In this document: piece after piece, positions 27,644 to 35,882 of the stretch
Layout: each line of letters starts with the position of its first letter
Numbering within the stretch: position 1 is the first letter of the stretch
Source: an uncultured virus (IMG/VR IMGVR_UViG_3300025168_000061)
Lineage: Duplodnaviria; Heunggongvirae; Uroviricota; Caudoviricetes
DNA length: 64,000 nucleotides
Direction: 5' to 3' (one strand)
IMG/VR virus record: IMGVR_UViG_3300025168_000061
Notes under the pieces: generated by a model
Told to the model about the DNA's origin: nothing
Database searches by the model: none
Seen by the model: the letters and a program-made list of their open reading frames with translations, nothing else
Program-made: the position numbers and the translations under genes

Positions 27644-28906
27644 TTAAGAACTAAAGTCGTAAGTCATACCTTCATCCTCTTTTATTTTAAGTTTGTAGGA
27701 TTTGAATATGTTTCTAATCTCGGGTAAAAGATAGTCCTCTTCCTCACAAATATCTAGTAAAAAACTGTCATAGACGTAAAGAACTATTTTAGTTTTTTTA
27801 CCTCTTAACAATTTTAACATATCCCACAATATACAAACATTAGTTGACGTTTCTAGATTCTGAAGGAGGTAATTAAATAACTTTTGAGGACGCATGCCAT
27901 CTAATTTTTCTTTTTCAAATTTATAATTAGATATTGGACATTCGATAAAACCCTTAGTTTGAAAATCATTCCAGAGGTTATCTATATATTTTTGAGTCTT
28001 TTGGAAAAACTCTAAATCCTTATATTGTTCAAATACACCCCCATATAGCTGTTTGAATGTAAGTTCCTTGGATTTTTTATAATCTACCCCATACATCTTA
28101 GCAAATGATTTATGAATGTCTTCAGTATCAAATTCATAATCAATTAGGTGACTTGCTAGAGTAGGATGGTATGCTGAAATATCTATTTCAATGAATTTAT
28201 CATTATTAGGGATAAATGATTTTCTACAACCATTTTCTTTATTTAAGGCAGCATAATTTACTCCCCCAAACCTGTTTGAGGGTCTAGTTGTTGTTGTTCT
28301 GTAATTGTATTGTGTGTACACTTTATCTCCCAAATCTTGGTTGAAGTGTTCTTTGAATAGCTCGGGGTCAACTTGTATACCATTCCTTTCGATTGAATTG
28401 AATACCAATGGTACTCTGTTGTTGTAAAATTGGTTGATTGGTTCATTGAAATATTGTTTTAGATTATTGTAATTTTTTTCACATACCTCATAATGTTTTA
28501 CTACAGGTATTATTCTGTTTATAGTAGTATTATTTGGGATTTTTTGGTTTAGGAATTGATGAGCTCTTGTAGTCTCCATTTCATATCCAGGTGATAGTAA
28601 TGAAACATCATCAACGTTTTTATGCGAATAGAAATGCAGGAATTCCTTTTTCCCCCAAACATGCAACTTAGTATAGCTACTAATTAATTCACGTATATTC
28701 TCGTTGTTTAATTGTGTTGTTTCGCTATGGTTTATTGATAAAATGAAACCCTTGGGTGATTCCAGAGGTCTTAGATAAACTAGACTTGTTGGGGTCTTTG
28801 CAGGATGAGTTTCGTATGAATATGGGATTACTTCAATGTAAGCTTCTTCATAACCCTTATCATAAAACTCCTTTAACTGCTCGTTATTTTCTATCAGCCA
28901 AAACAT
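27644..28906 (-). CDS. Compact, divergent family A DNA polymerase (probable start ATG 28906)
   Basis: IERNGI.VD, TTTTRPS, RKSFIP, DISAYH (motif A), KELTFKQLYG (B), NYLLQ, YVYDSF (C). Confidence 0.88.
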   Translation of the reverse strand: MFWLIENNEQLKEFYDKGYEEAYIEVIPYSYETHPAKTPTSLVYLRPLESPKGFILSINHSETTQLNNENIRELISSYTKLHVWGKKEFLHFYSHKNVDDVSLLSPGYEMETTRAHQFLNQKIPNNTTINRIIPVVKHYEVCEKNYNNLKQYFNEPINQFYNNRVPLVFNSIERNGIQVDPELFKEHFNQDLGDKVYTQYNYRTTTTRPSNRFGGVNYAALNKENGCRKSFIPNNDKFIEIDISAYHPTLASHLIDYEFDTEDIHKSFAKMYGVDYKKSKELTFKQLYGGVFEQYKDLEFFQKTQKYIDNLWNDFQTKGFIECPISNYKFEKEKLDGMRPQKLFNYLLQNLETSTNVCILWDMLKLLRGKKTKIVLYVYDSFLLDICEEEDYLLPEIRNIFKSYKLKIKEDEGMTYDFSS

Positions 28907-28913
28907 TTGGCCC

Positions 28914-28943
28914 AATATAGTAATAATGTTTTAATTATCCAAA
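28914..28943 (-). promoter_or_regulatory. TTTG-N20-TATATT promoter (polA)
   Basis: TTTGGATAATTAAAACATTATTACTATATT. Confidence 0.7.
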
Positions 28944-29516
28944 GTTACCTCGAAAATAAGAAGTAAAACCATACCATTCATTGTTTCTTTCTATTTGAGA
29001 TACTATTTTTATATTAACTTCTGGGTTTCCATCTATGTTCCATGGTAAGAATAAACACTCATATAAATCTGAAGCTACAGTGGGGTCATTAGATTTAAAT
29101 TTTGTGTAGGTTTCTTTGGATATTTCAATGTAAATTAATTCATTAGTTTTTTTGGCAAAGTATCTTCTATATTCCCCTATTGAAACCTCCTCACCTGTCG
29201 GTGATGAGTAATAAGGTGGAGGTGGGGGGGTAAGGGGGGAAGTATTAGATAGATTTGTTAAGGTAGAATATTCATAGTTGGATTTGGTCCCAAATCTAAG
29301 GTCTATTTGAAAGTTTTCACTTTCAATTTCGAGGGTTGGGAATTCATCTAAAAATATTAATTCTATTTGAGTAGAAGAAGGATTTTCCCCTACATAATAT
29401 TTACCTGTTGAGGTGGCATAGTACTTCCCATAATAGGGTTTATTGGATGATTTAATAGCCAAATTCCCATTACTAGTAAGATTAGGGGTTATTTGGGATT
29501 TAGGATAGTAATTCAT
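28935..29516 (-). CDS. Hypothetical protein, last gene of the baseplate operon
   Basis: ORF overlapping the M15 peptidase stop. Confidence 0.75.
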   Translation of the reverse strand: MNYYPKSQITPNLTSNGNLAIKSSNKPYYGKYYATSTGKYYVGENPSSTQIELIFLDEFPTLEIESENFQIDLRFGTKSNYEYSTLTNLSNTSPLTPPPPPYYSSPTGEEVSIGEYRRYFAKKTNELIYIEISKETYTKFKSNDPTVASDLYECLFLPWNIDGNPEVNIKIVSQIERNNEWYGFTSYFRGNFG

Positions 29517-30204
29517 TTATATTTAATTTGGGGTTTAAACCATCAGGGTTAGCTTTTATATACTCACTTAAAGAGGGATTATTCCCCAAACTATATAATT
29601 TGTTTACTGCTTCCTTAACTTTAATTGCTTTATTTGGTGCCCATTCTTCCACATAAAAGTGAATATAATCCTTGTATGAGGCGTAATTGCCCCCCCAACC
29701 TAATTTGTATTTTTTTGCTATATCAACTATCCCTGTAGCTAGCCATTTTTCTTTTCCTTCACTCTTTCTTAATGTTTCCCCATTTGGGGTTTTTAAATTC
29801 ATATCTATAGCTAACCCATAATTATGGGCGGATTTACCTGGGGATGCATTTTCTGAGTTTTGTTTTTTTAGTTCTGCTGATTCCTTAAATGTTCGATAAG
29901 TATCGTTTATTGAAAACCTATATCCCGTAGGGTTTAAAGCTATAAATTCATTAAAAAAGGAACGGAATCTTTCCCTGTATGCCGGGTTAAGTCTTTGGAG
30001 GAGGGTGTCAACAGTAATTTCTTGTTTTCTAGTTCCATAGTTACTTTCATTATCTCTAATAAATGTTGTGTTTTTATTGTTGGGGTTTGATAAAGAATTT
30101 TTAACTGAGGATAAAGAAACATTGTTACTACCTCCACTACCACCTGCGGCTCCAAAAGTAAATCCTTTTAATAGATCTGGTGTGTTTATAATTTTATTAG
30201 GCAT
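29500..30204 (-). CDS. Peptidase M15 (L-Ala-D-Glu / VanY-like), probably virion-associated
   Basis: YRT, SAHNYGLAID, WGG, DYIHF. Confidence 0.88.
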   Translation of the reverse strand: MPNKIINTPDLLKGFTFGAAGGSGGSNNVSLSSVKNSLSNPNNKNTTFIRDNESNYGTRKQEITVDTLLQRLNPAYRERFRSFFNEFIALNPTGYRFSINDTYRTFKESAELKKQNSENASPGKSAHNYGLAIDMNLKTPNGETLRKSEGKEKWLATGIVDIAKKYKLGWGGNYASYKDYIHFYVEEWAPNKAIKVKEAVNKLYSLGNNPSLSEYIKANPDGLNPKLNINELLS

Positions 30205-30218
30205 AAGGGTTATTAGTT

Positions 30219-33200
30219 TTAAATTGGTTCCGTGGGTCTAATTGAAACATCTTCTATTATTTCGGATTTAGGAGCAACAGGTCCTGTACTTGTGCGAGAT
30301 GAAGGTTGGGGTTGTTTTTCACCATTTAATAATTCTTCAGTATCTATAGTATTAAGTGCTGCATCTTGTTTTTCTTTACTTGTAGCAATAGTATCTAAAC
30401 TAGTTACCCATTCATTGTTACTTAATTTATGATTAACTCCTGTTACTATAAATGATAGGGTTTCACCGTAGTTAGATGGTAAAAATGCAACATTAACTTT
30501 TATTTTATTATAAATTTTTATTCCACTTAAACCATCCATTGACAGTTTTAGGTTGAATGGGAGAAAACCAATAGAAGATTCTATATATTGGGGGTCTTCA
30601 TTAGTAGTTTGGGCTTGGGCGTATTTGTAGTAATCGGAGGCTGCGGATTTGTTAATATCAACATAGTCAGAAGAGATTATATATTTCCCATTCTCTGCAG
30701 TAAATCCTAATTTTTCGAAATTTTGTTCAAGAAAATTTTTATAGTTTACTAGTACACTTTCATTTTGAGTTTCTATGTTACCCTCAACCCCTGCATCTAT
30801 TATATTTTCTTTAAATCTGTCTTTAATACCTACATTCCATTTAGAAAAGGCGGTGGCTTCAGCACCCGGTATAGAACCATTTGCAGTAGCACCTATAGTA
30901 ATTATAGTTGCATATTCTTTACTTATTTCAGTAGTAATTCCGGCATTTCGTACAAAGTTAGAAGTATTATCCTTGGGATTTAATCCAAAAATCTCTAATG
31001 TAGCTTCCTCTTTTTCAAAAATATCATAACCCGGAATGTTTTGGGCTATTGTTTTTAATCCTGGGATGGGGGTTTGGTCTATAAATCTAATAGTGTTTGA
31101 TTCTTTGTCTATAATAGGTTCAATATTATTTATATTTCCTAAAGAGTCATTTATATCAGTTGCTAAGTTTTTCAATACTTTAAACACCGATATTTGGTTA
31201 TTATTGTCAACTTCATCCATAATTTCTCTTATTCTATTAAAACTAAAATATATATTCATTATATTTCCATATCTAAAACCATTTACAGTCTTGATGAAAG
31301 TGTTTAATTCTGGGTATATTTTTTCAAATGCTTCGTTTCCTACATAAAATTCAGGGTTAGAAATAGCAGTTTTGTTAGGATCAAGAGAAATTTCATTATC
31401 TATAACATAGCATATATTAGTAAGGGGGTTAAAATCAATTAAAAGAAGAGGTTGTCCCTTATTTGAGCCCTTTTCAATTTTGGGAATTATGTTGGTTTCA
31501 AAAAATTCTAAAAAAGTCCCTAATCTTATAAAATGTTGATATTTAGGGTTATTAAGATTAGTTAATTGGAAAACATCAACAGTTCCTTCAACCCTATTAA
31601 TATAAATCTCTCTATATCCTGCTGCGGTTAAACCAAATTTTCTTGCAAATTTTTCCTGTTGTTCTGGGGTTAATGCGTTAAATTTTGTTGTTCTTTCAGA
31701 TGAAGAATATATTGGGAATCCTACCTTTTTATTCCATAGGGCGGCATCATTAGAGGTGGGGTTTATTACAACCCCTAAATTCTTGTCTAAGGCTGTGATA
31801 TTAAGTGAAGTTGGATTATCATATTCTTTTTGGATATTAAATAAATATTCAAATACCTTATTTTTTCCTCTTGTGGATTGAAGATTAATATCTAGGTCTA
31901 CTCGAGCTTGGAGTTCTTCTGTGGCTTTTGTTTCTTCCTCAGTTTTTTCTATCCCCTCTAAAGTAAGCCTACCTTCAGAACCCCCTGCGATATTTCTTTG
32001 GGTAAAATATCCATAAAACTTAGATAAAAATTTATTTAAGCTTATATTATCCATTATAAACTTTCGTTTAACATCTATAGATGCATTTTTAGTAGCATCT
32101 AATTGTAATTTCTTCGAATCAGAGATGTTTAGAACAAAGCTACGCCAAGCTTCTACAAGAGCATATAGGGTTGCATCTTCAGTTACCCTACTGATGTCAT
32201 TACTAGGGCCAGAAAATGCAAACGCCCCTGTTCTGATTAATGTTTCTCTACTTTTGTCAAAATCATTTTTATAATTACCAAATAATAATTTAGGGAAACT
32301 AAAACTATCAGATGCAACTGGAGTATAAGGCTGTATATAATCTTCGGAGACGTCAAAAGGGGTGATTCTAGACTCCAATTGGTTTATTATGTATGAATAT
32401 CGAACTTGGCCCAAGTTAAATCCATATTTGCCTCCATTAAACCAATCAGTAAGAATATCTTTAAGACCTGGGTAGGTAAGACTATAGAATTTATCTTGGG
32501 TAACTTCGGCATTGGCTTCTAAATTTTGGTTTTTTAAATCATCATATTGGTTTGTTATGATTTTAGTAGCTGGAAGGTTTGCTTTTAAGGATTCAATTAT
32601 ATCCCCTTGACTCATTAATTCTAATTTAATGTTGTATGTCCCATCTGCTTCAAAAGTCCATGAAAAGTTAGATATTACTCCAAAAAAACCATCATAGTTT
32701 CCCTTATACTTTTTCCTTAATTCTTCGATTTCAGGGAGAATTTCATTATAAGAGGATTTATTATATTTCCAAAATTGTCTATCAATTAAAGTAGTTCCCA
32801 TAGATTCAACATCACCATTTCCTCCTTTTAAACCATCTAAGTATTTATCAACTCCCCACTCTAACATTACTGAGTATCCTAATCTTAAGTATAAAGCATC
32901 TATAACATCAAATTGATTTCTGTTGTGGGCTTTAATATTAATAGTAGCCTTTTTAATTGAACCTCTATTTAAATCCTTAATATCCGCATCTATTATTCCC
33001 GGCATTGGAGAGTATCCATGTTGACCTGTTCCTCCTACACCGTATGCTCTATTTGCTCCACTTATTCCTGCTCTTTGGGTTTGGGAGTAGTTGTAATAAC
33101 CTGAAGCTTTTCCTTGAGTGAAATCTGAAATATTTCCTCCTGTAATATCAAAATTTCCACCTTTTTCTTGAAATAATTTATTAGTTTCAGCAATCTTCTT

Positions 33201-33500
33201 TTTATTTAAACCCCCAAAACTTGTTAAACCATTAAACAATACGTTTCTCATGGCTAAATCTTGACCTGGGGCTACTCCTATTAAAAGTGGATTTTCTTCT
33301 TGGTCTCCTTTGTTTTTCTTTAAAAGATCTAATCTACTTTGATTAAAAGAAGTTCCGGATGCTAGTTTTATCCAAGCATTTCTAGAATTTAAGTATTGGA
33401 GCTCCTCAACAGTCCTATTTGCTTTACCATGTACAGCTTGCCTGTCATTGATTTGATTAGTCACATAATCCTTAAAAGGTTCTCCTAAAAGATTTCCCAT
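30219..33500 (-). CDS. Large baseplate hub-like structural protein (1093 aa)
   Basis: PMPGI, LYLRLGYSVMLEWG, YDGFFG.ISNFSW, F.VTGVNH.L....W.T hub-type ending; follows the LysM gene. Confidence 0.65.
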   Translation of the reverse strand: MGNLLGEPFKDYVTNQINDRQAVHGKANRTVEELQYLNSRNAWIKLASGTSFNQSRLDLLKKNKGDQEENPLLIGVAPGQDLAMRNVLFNGLTSFGGLNKKKIAETNKLFQEKGGNFDITGGNISDFTQGKASGYYNYSQTQRAGISGANRAYGVGGTGQHGYSPMPGIIDADIKDLNRGSIKKATINIKAHNRNQFDVIDALYLRLGYSVMLEWGVDKYLDGLKGGNGDVESMGTTLIDRQFWKYNKSSYNEILPEIEELRKKYKGNYDGFFGVISNFSWTFEADGTYNIKLELMSQGDIIESLKANLPATKIITNQYDDLKNQNLEANAEVTQDKFYSLTYPGLKDILTDWFNGGKYGFNLGQVRYSYIINQLESRITPFDVSEDYIQPYTPVASDSFSFPKLLFGNYKNDFDKSRETLIRTGAFAFSGPSNDISRVTEDATLYALVEAWRSFVLNISDSKKLQLDATKNASIDVKRKFIMDNISLNKFLSKFYGYFTQRNIAGGSEGRLTLEGIEKTEEETKATEELQARVDLDINLQSTRGKNKVFEYLFNIQKEYDNPTSLNITALDKNLGVVINPTSNDAALWNKKVGFPIYSSSERTTKFNALTPEQQEKFARKFGLTAAGYREIYINRVEGTVDVFQLTNLNNPKYQHFIRLGTFLEFFETNIIPKIEKGSNKGQPLLLIDFNPLTNICYVIDNEISLDPNKTAISNPEFYVGNEAFEKIYPELNTFIKTVNGFRYGNIMNIYFSFNRIREIMDEVDNNNQISVFKVLKNLATDINDSLGNINNIEPIIDKESNTIRFIDQTPIPGLKTIAQNIPGYDIFEKEEATLEIFGLNPKDNTSNFVRNAGITTEISKEYATIITIGATANGSIPGAEATAFSKWNVGIKDRFKENIIDAGVEGNIETQNESVLVNYKNFLEQNFEKLGFTAENGKYIISSDYVDINKSAASDYYKYAQAQTTNEDPQYIESSIGFLPFNLKLSMDGLSGIKIYNKIKVNVAFLPSNYGETLSFIVTGVNHKLSNNEWVTSLDTIATSKEKQDAALNTIDTEELLNGEKQPQPSSRTSTGPVAPKSEIIEDVSIRPTEPI

Positions 33501-33504
33501 AACT

Positions 33505-33804
33505 TTATTTATTTATTTCTTCATACTCCGCTATAAAGGGAGTAGGGTTAGCTGGTATTCTTAATTGTGTTCCTGTTGGGGGTGTTAATGAGTTTTGAGG
33601 TAATTTTCCATTGGCACATGAAATAATCCACCATAAGGATGAGTTACCATAGTATTGTTGAGCTAAGGTATCATATCGATCCCCAATAGTAGTATAAACA
33701 TAGATATCACTAAATGCTCTTGGAATTTCTGGGTAACGAACAGTTTTATAAATTCGTTCTCTATTGGGAGCTAGTGTTCTTGGTATGTTGGTATAACGTG
33801 CCAT
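33505..33804 (-). CDS. LysM-domain baseplate protein (gp53/gpX-like)
   Basis: GDRYDTLAQQYYGNSSLWWIIS.AN...G..LRIP. Confidence 0.88.
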   Translation of the reverse strand: MARYTNIPRTLAPNRERIYKTVRYPEIPRAFSDIYVYTTIGDRYDTLAQQYYGNSSLWWIISCANGKLPQNSLTPPTGTQLRIPANPTPFIAEYEEINK

Positions 33805-33815
33805 TATTTTGTTTT

Positions 33816-35606
33816 TTAGATATTAACTCTTACCCTTTCACCATCATCATTTTTAATTCTTTTGGTATCATTGTAATTTTCTGAGATGCCATTGGTTAGT
33901 TCTATGTATCTTTGTTTACCGTATCCTCTATTTTCTATTCCTGTTGGGACTAGTCCATTATCTCCATACTCATTTTTCTGTAATTCAGGTCTGAATGTAT
34001 GGATTGGGGTAAAGTTCATGGTTACTTTGCATATATAAGGCATTTCTTGAACTGTAGGATCGGATTCACCTGAATCATTTATTCCTATTTCCCAAGGTGA
34101 TTCTTGAGGTATATCTAATGTTAATGAATCTATAAAACCTGGTAGTTCATAGCACCATCCTCCTAAAGTTAATGTTGTTAAAACACCACCCATATAACCA
34201 CTACTACCATAATCTGGTGCTAATGTTGAAGCTAAGAAGTTAAGTTTTTTATATTGTTCCATTATCTCAGGTTTTGATTGAGCTGCTACAGTATAAGATA
34301 ATGATATTTTTCGACTAAACCCACCGTATTTGTAGAATTCTTCACCCCTTCCCATGTATTGTATTCCACTCCACTTAGCACCATAAGAATCTGAGAATTG
34401 GTCAATAAAGGCTCTAAAATGCATAAAAACTTTTTCCCCATCTCTTAATACAGCTCCTATTCTAAATTTAACTAAATCGTTTTTAGCTACATCGGTTTGT
34501 TTAACATTTTTTGATTTATATATGGGTTGGGCATTTATTTTATCTACTACTGATAGATTTCCATTTACAATTTTGCCTCGGGTATAGCTTATTACATTTC
34601 CTCTTTGGCCCGGGGATGTATAATTTATTCTAGATCCATTAACTCCATCTATTGTTTTTCCCGCTGCGGGGTTATATGAGGGGGCAAAACTGATGACTGT
34701 GGATGATTTTTGGTCTTTTAAATAAGGTACTCTAAAGTCATCTTGTTTTAATTCTTTACCTTTAAAAACACCAAACCCTGTTGGTTTTCCTGATGGGGGT
34801 GTCCCCTCAGGTTGGAAGTTTTGATTTTCACTTCCTAAAAGTAAGCTATTTCTTTGAAGTAAATCTCCTATTGGGTCTAGTTGTGTTGATGTAATAGGGA
34901 AAAAGCCTGAATTTTTAAGTTGGTTGTTTTCAATTCCTGTTCTTAAAGGGGCACCTTTGTTGTCAGTAGCAAATTTTATATTGGTTTTCCCAATGCCCAA
35001 ATCAGAATTAGGTCCTCCGGAGTAGGAATATATATTAATTGGGTCATTTATTGTAAATTGGTTTCCTATATTTGATGATTTGCTGTTATATAAGTCAACT
35101 AATCTATTTCCTTCCCCATCATTTCCACCTATTATTGAGGTTTTTACATCAAGGTAAGTATTAACCCCCTTTAAAGGATTTAATCCTTGTTTATATAAAT
35201 GTGCTCCAGTAAATCCTACTCCTGCTTGTGCTATTGTAGATAGGGGGTTGTATGTCCCCTCGTTTAAAGGAGAATCTTTCCAACTATTAGAATCTGATTG
35301 GTTTCCACTTGCTTGGGTAGCAGCTCCTATTCTTGATAGTAAGTTTTGTTTTGCTACAAATAAAATACCTCTTGGTGATTTTAAATCCCCAAAAAACTTT
35401 GTTAACCTAATCACATCATTAGCCGCATCAAGAGGGGCGTTAAGTCCTCCTCTTAATAGAAAATCTTCATTTTGGGGAATTATATCACTACTAATAGGGT
35501 CTGTAATATAAGGCTGACTACTATTACCACTTCCAGGTCTATCAGAAGCAGGTGGATTCCCAAATTTGAGAGATTTTAAATCTGTTTTTAGGTCTAATAA
35601 TCCCAT
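33816..35606 (-). CDS. Baseplate / tail-tube initiator-like protein
   Basis: FRAFI..FSDSY.A.W....YMGRGE.FY.Y.GFSR.ISL; located after the tape measure. Confidence 0.65.
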   Translation of the reverse strand: MGLLDLKTDLKSLKFGNPPASDRPGSGNSSQPYITDPISSDIIPQNEDFLLRGGLNAPLDAANDVIRLTKFFGDLKSPRGILFVAKQNLLSRIGAATQASGNQSDSNSWKDSPLNEGTYNPLSTIAQAGVGFTGAHLYKQGLNPLKGVNTYLDVKTSIIGGNDGEGNRLVDLYNSKSSNIGNQFTINDPINIYSYSGGPNSDLGIGKTNIKFATDNKGAPLRTGIENNQLKNSGFFPITSTQLDPIGDLLQRNSLLLGSENQNFQPEGTPPSGKPTGFGVFKGKELKQDDFRVPYLKDQKSSTVISFAPSYNPAAGKTIDGVNGSRINYTSPGQRGNVISYTRGKIVNGNLSVVDKINAQPIYKSKNVKQTDVAKNDLVKFRIGAVLRDGEKVFMHFRAFIDQFSDSYGAKWSGIQYMGRGEEFYKYGGFSRKISLSYTVAAQSKPEIMEQYKKLNFLASTLAPDYGSSGYMGGVLTTLTLGGWCYELPGFIDSLTLDIPQESPWEIGINDSGESDPTVQEMPYICKVTMNFTPIHTFRPELQKNEYGDNGLVPTGIENRGYGKQRYIELTNGISENYNDTKRIKNDDGERVRVNI

Positions 35607-35845
35607 TAAAATGAAGCTCCTTCAGGTGTATTATCTTTGTAGTTATTTGCAGGTACAACCCCGTCTAAATCTAATGTTGAAGGTTGTGGTTTGTTAGGTA
35701 CGTTTGGTATCCCATTTATAGAATATGTATCTTGTAATTTTGATTGAGCTGTTGCTCCTACGGGTGTAGGAGGAGTTGAACCGTTCCCTTTGGATAGAGG
35801 TGATCCTGTTCCTGTTGGTGATGTTAATTTATCTAATAGTCCCAT
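35606..35845 (-). CDS. Small hypothetical structural protein (79 aa)
   Basis: Shares the MGLLD start with the coupled downstream gene. Confidence 0.75.
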   Translation of the reverse strand: MGLLDKLTSPTGTGSPLSKGNGSTPPTPVGATAQSKLQDTYSINGIPNVPNKPQPSTLDLDGVVPANNYKDNTPEGASF

Positions 35846-35867
35846 TGTGTTATATTTTTATGTTTAT

Positions 35868-35875
35868 TATAAATA
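35868..35875 (-). promoter_or_regulatory. TATTTATA putative late promoter (baseplate operon)
   Basis: Recurring motif. Confidence 0.6.
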
Positions 35876-35882
35876 TTAAATT

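Noticed and set aside
26666..27860. Diversity-generating retroelement TR/VR pair
   Set aside because: No reverse transcriptase in the window; the differences are synonymous or general divergence, not adenine-specific.
29215..29240. G-rich tract as a G-quadruplex or phase-variable site
   Set aside because: Explained by a poly-proline coding stretch (SPLTPPPPPY) in an intact frame.
29500..30219. Broken fusion of the hub protein and the M15 peptidase
   Set aside because: The peptidase has its own ATG 14 nt after the stop, and there is no evident slippery or readthrough signal.
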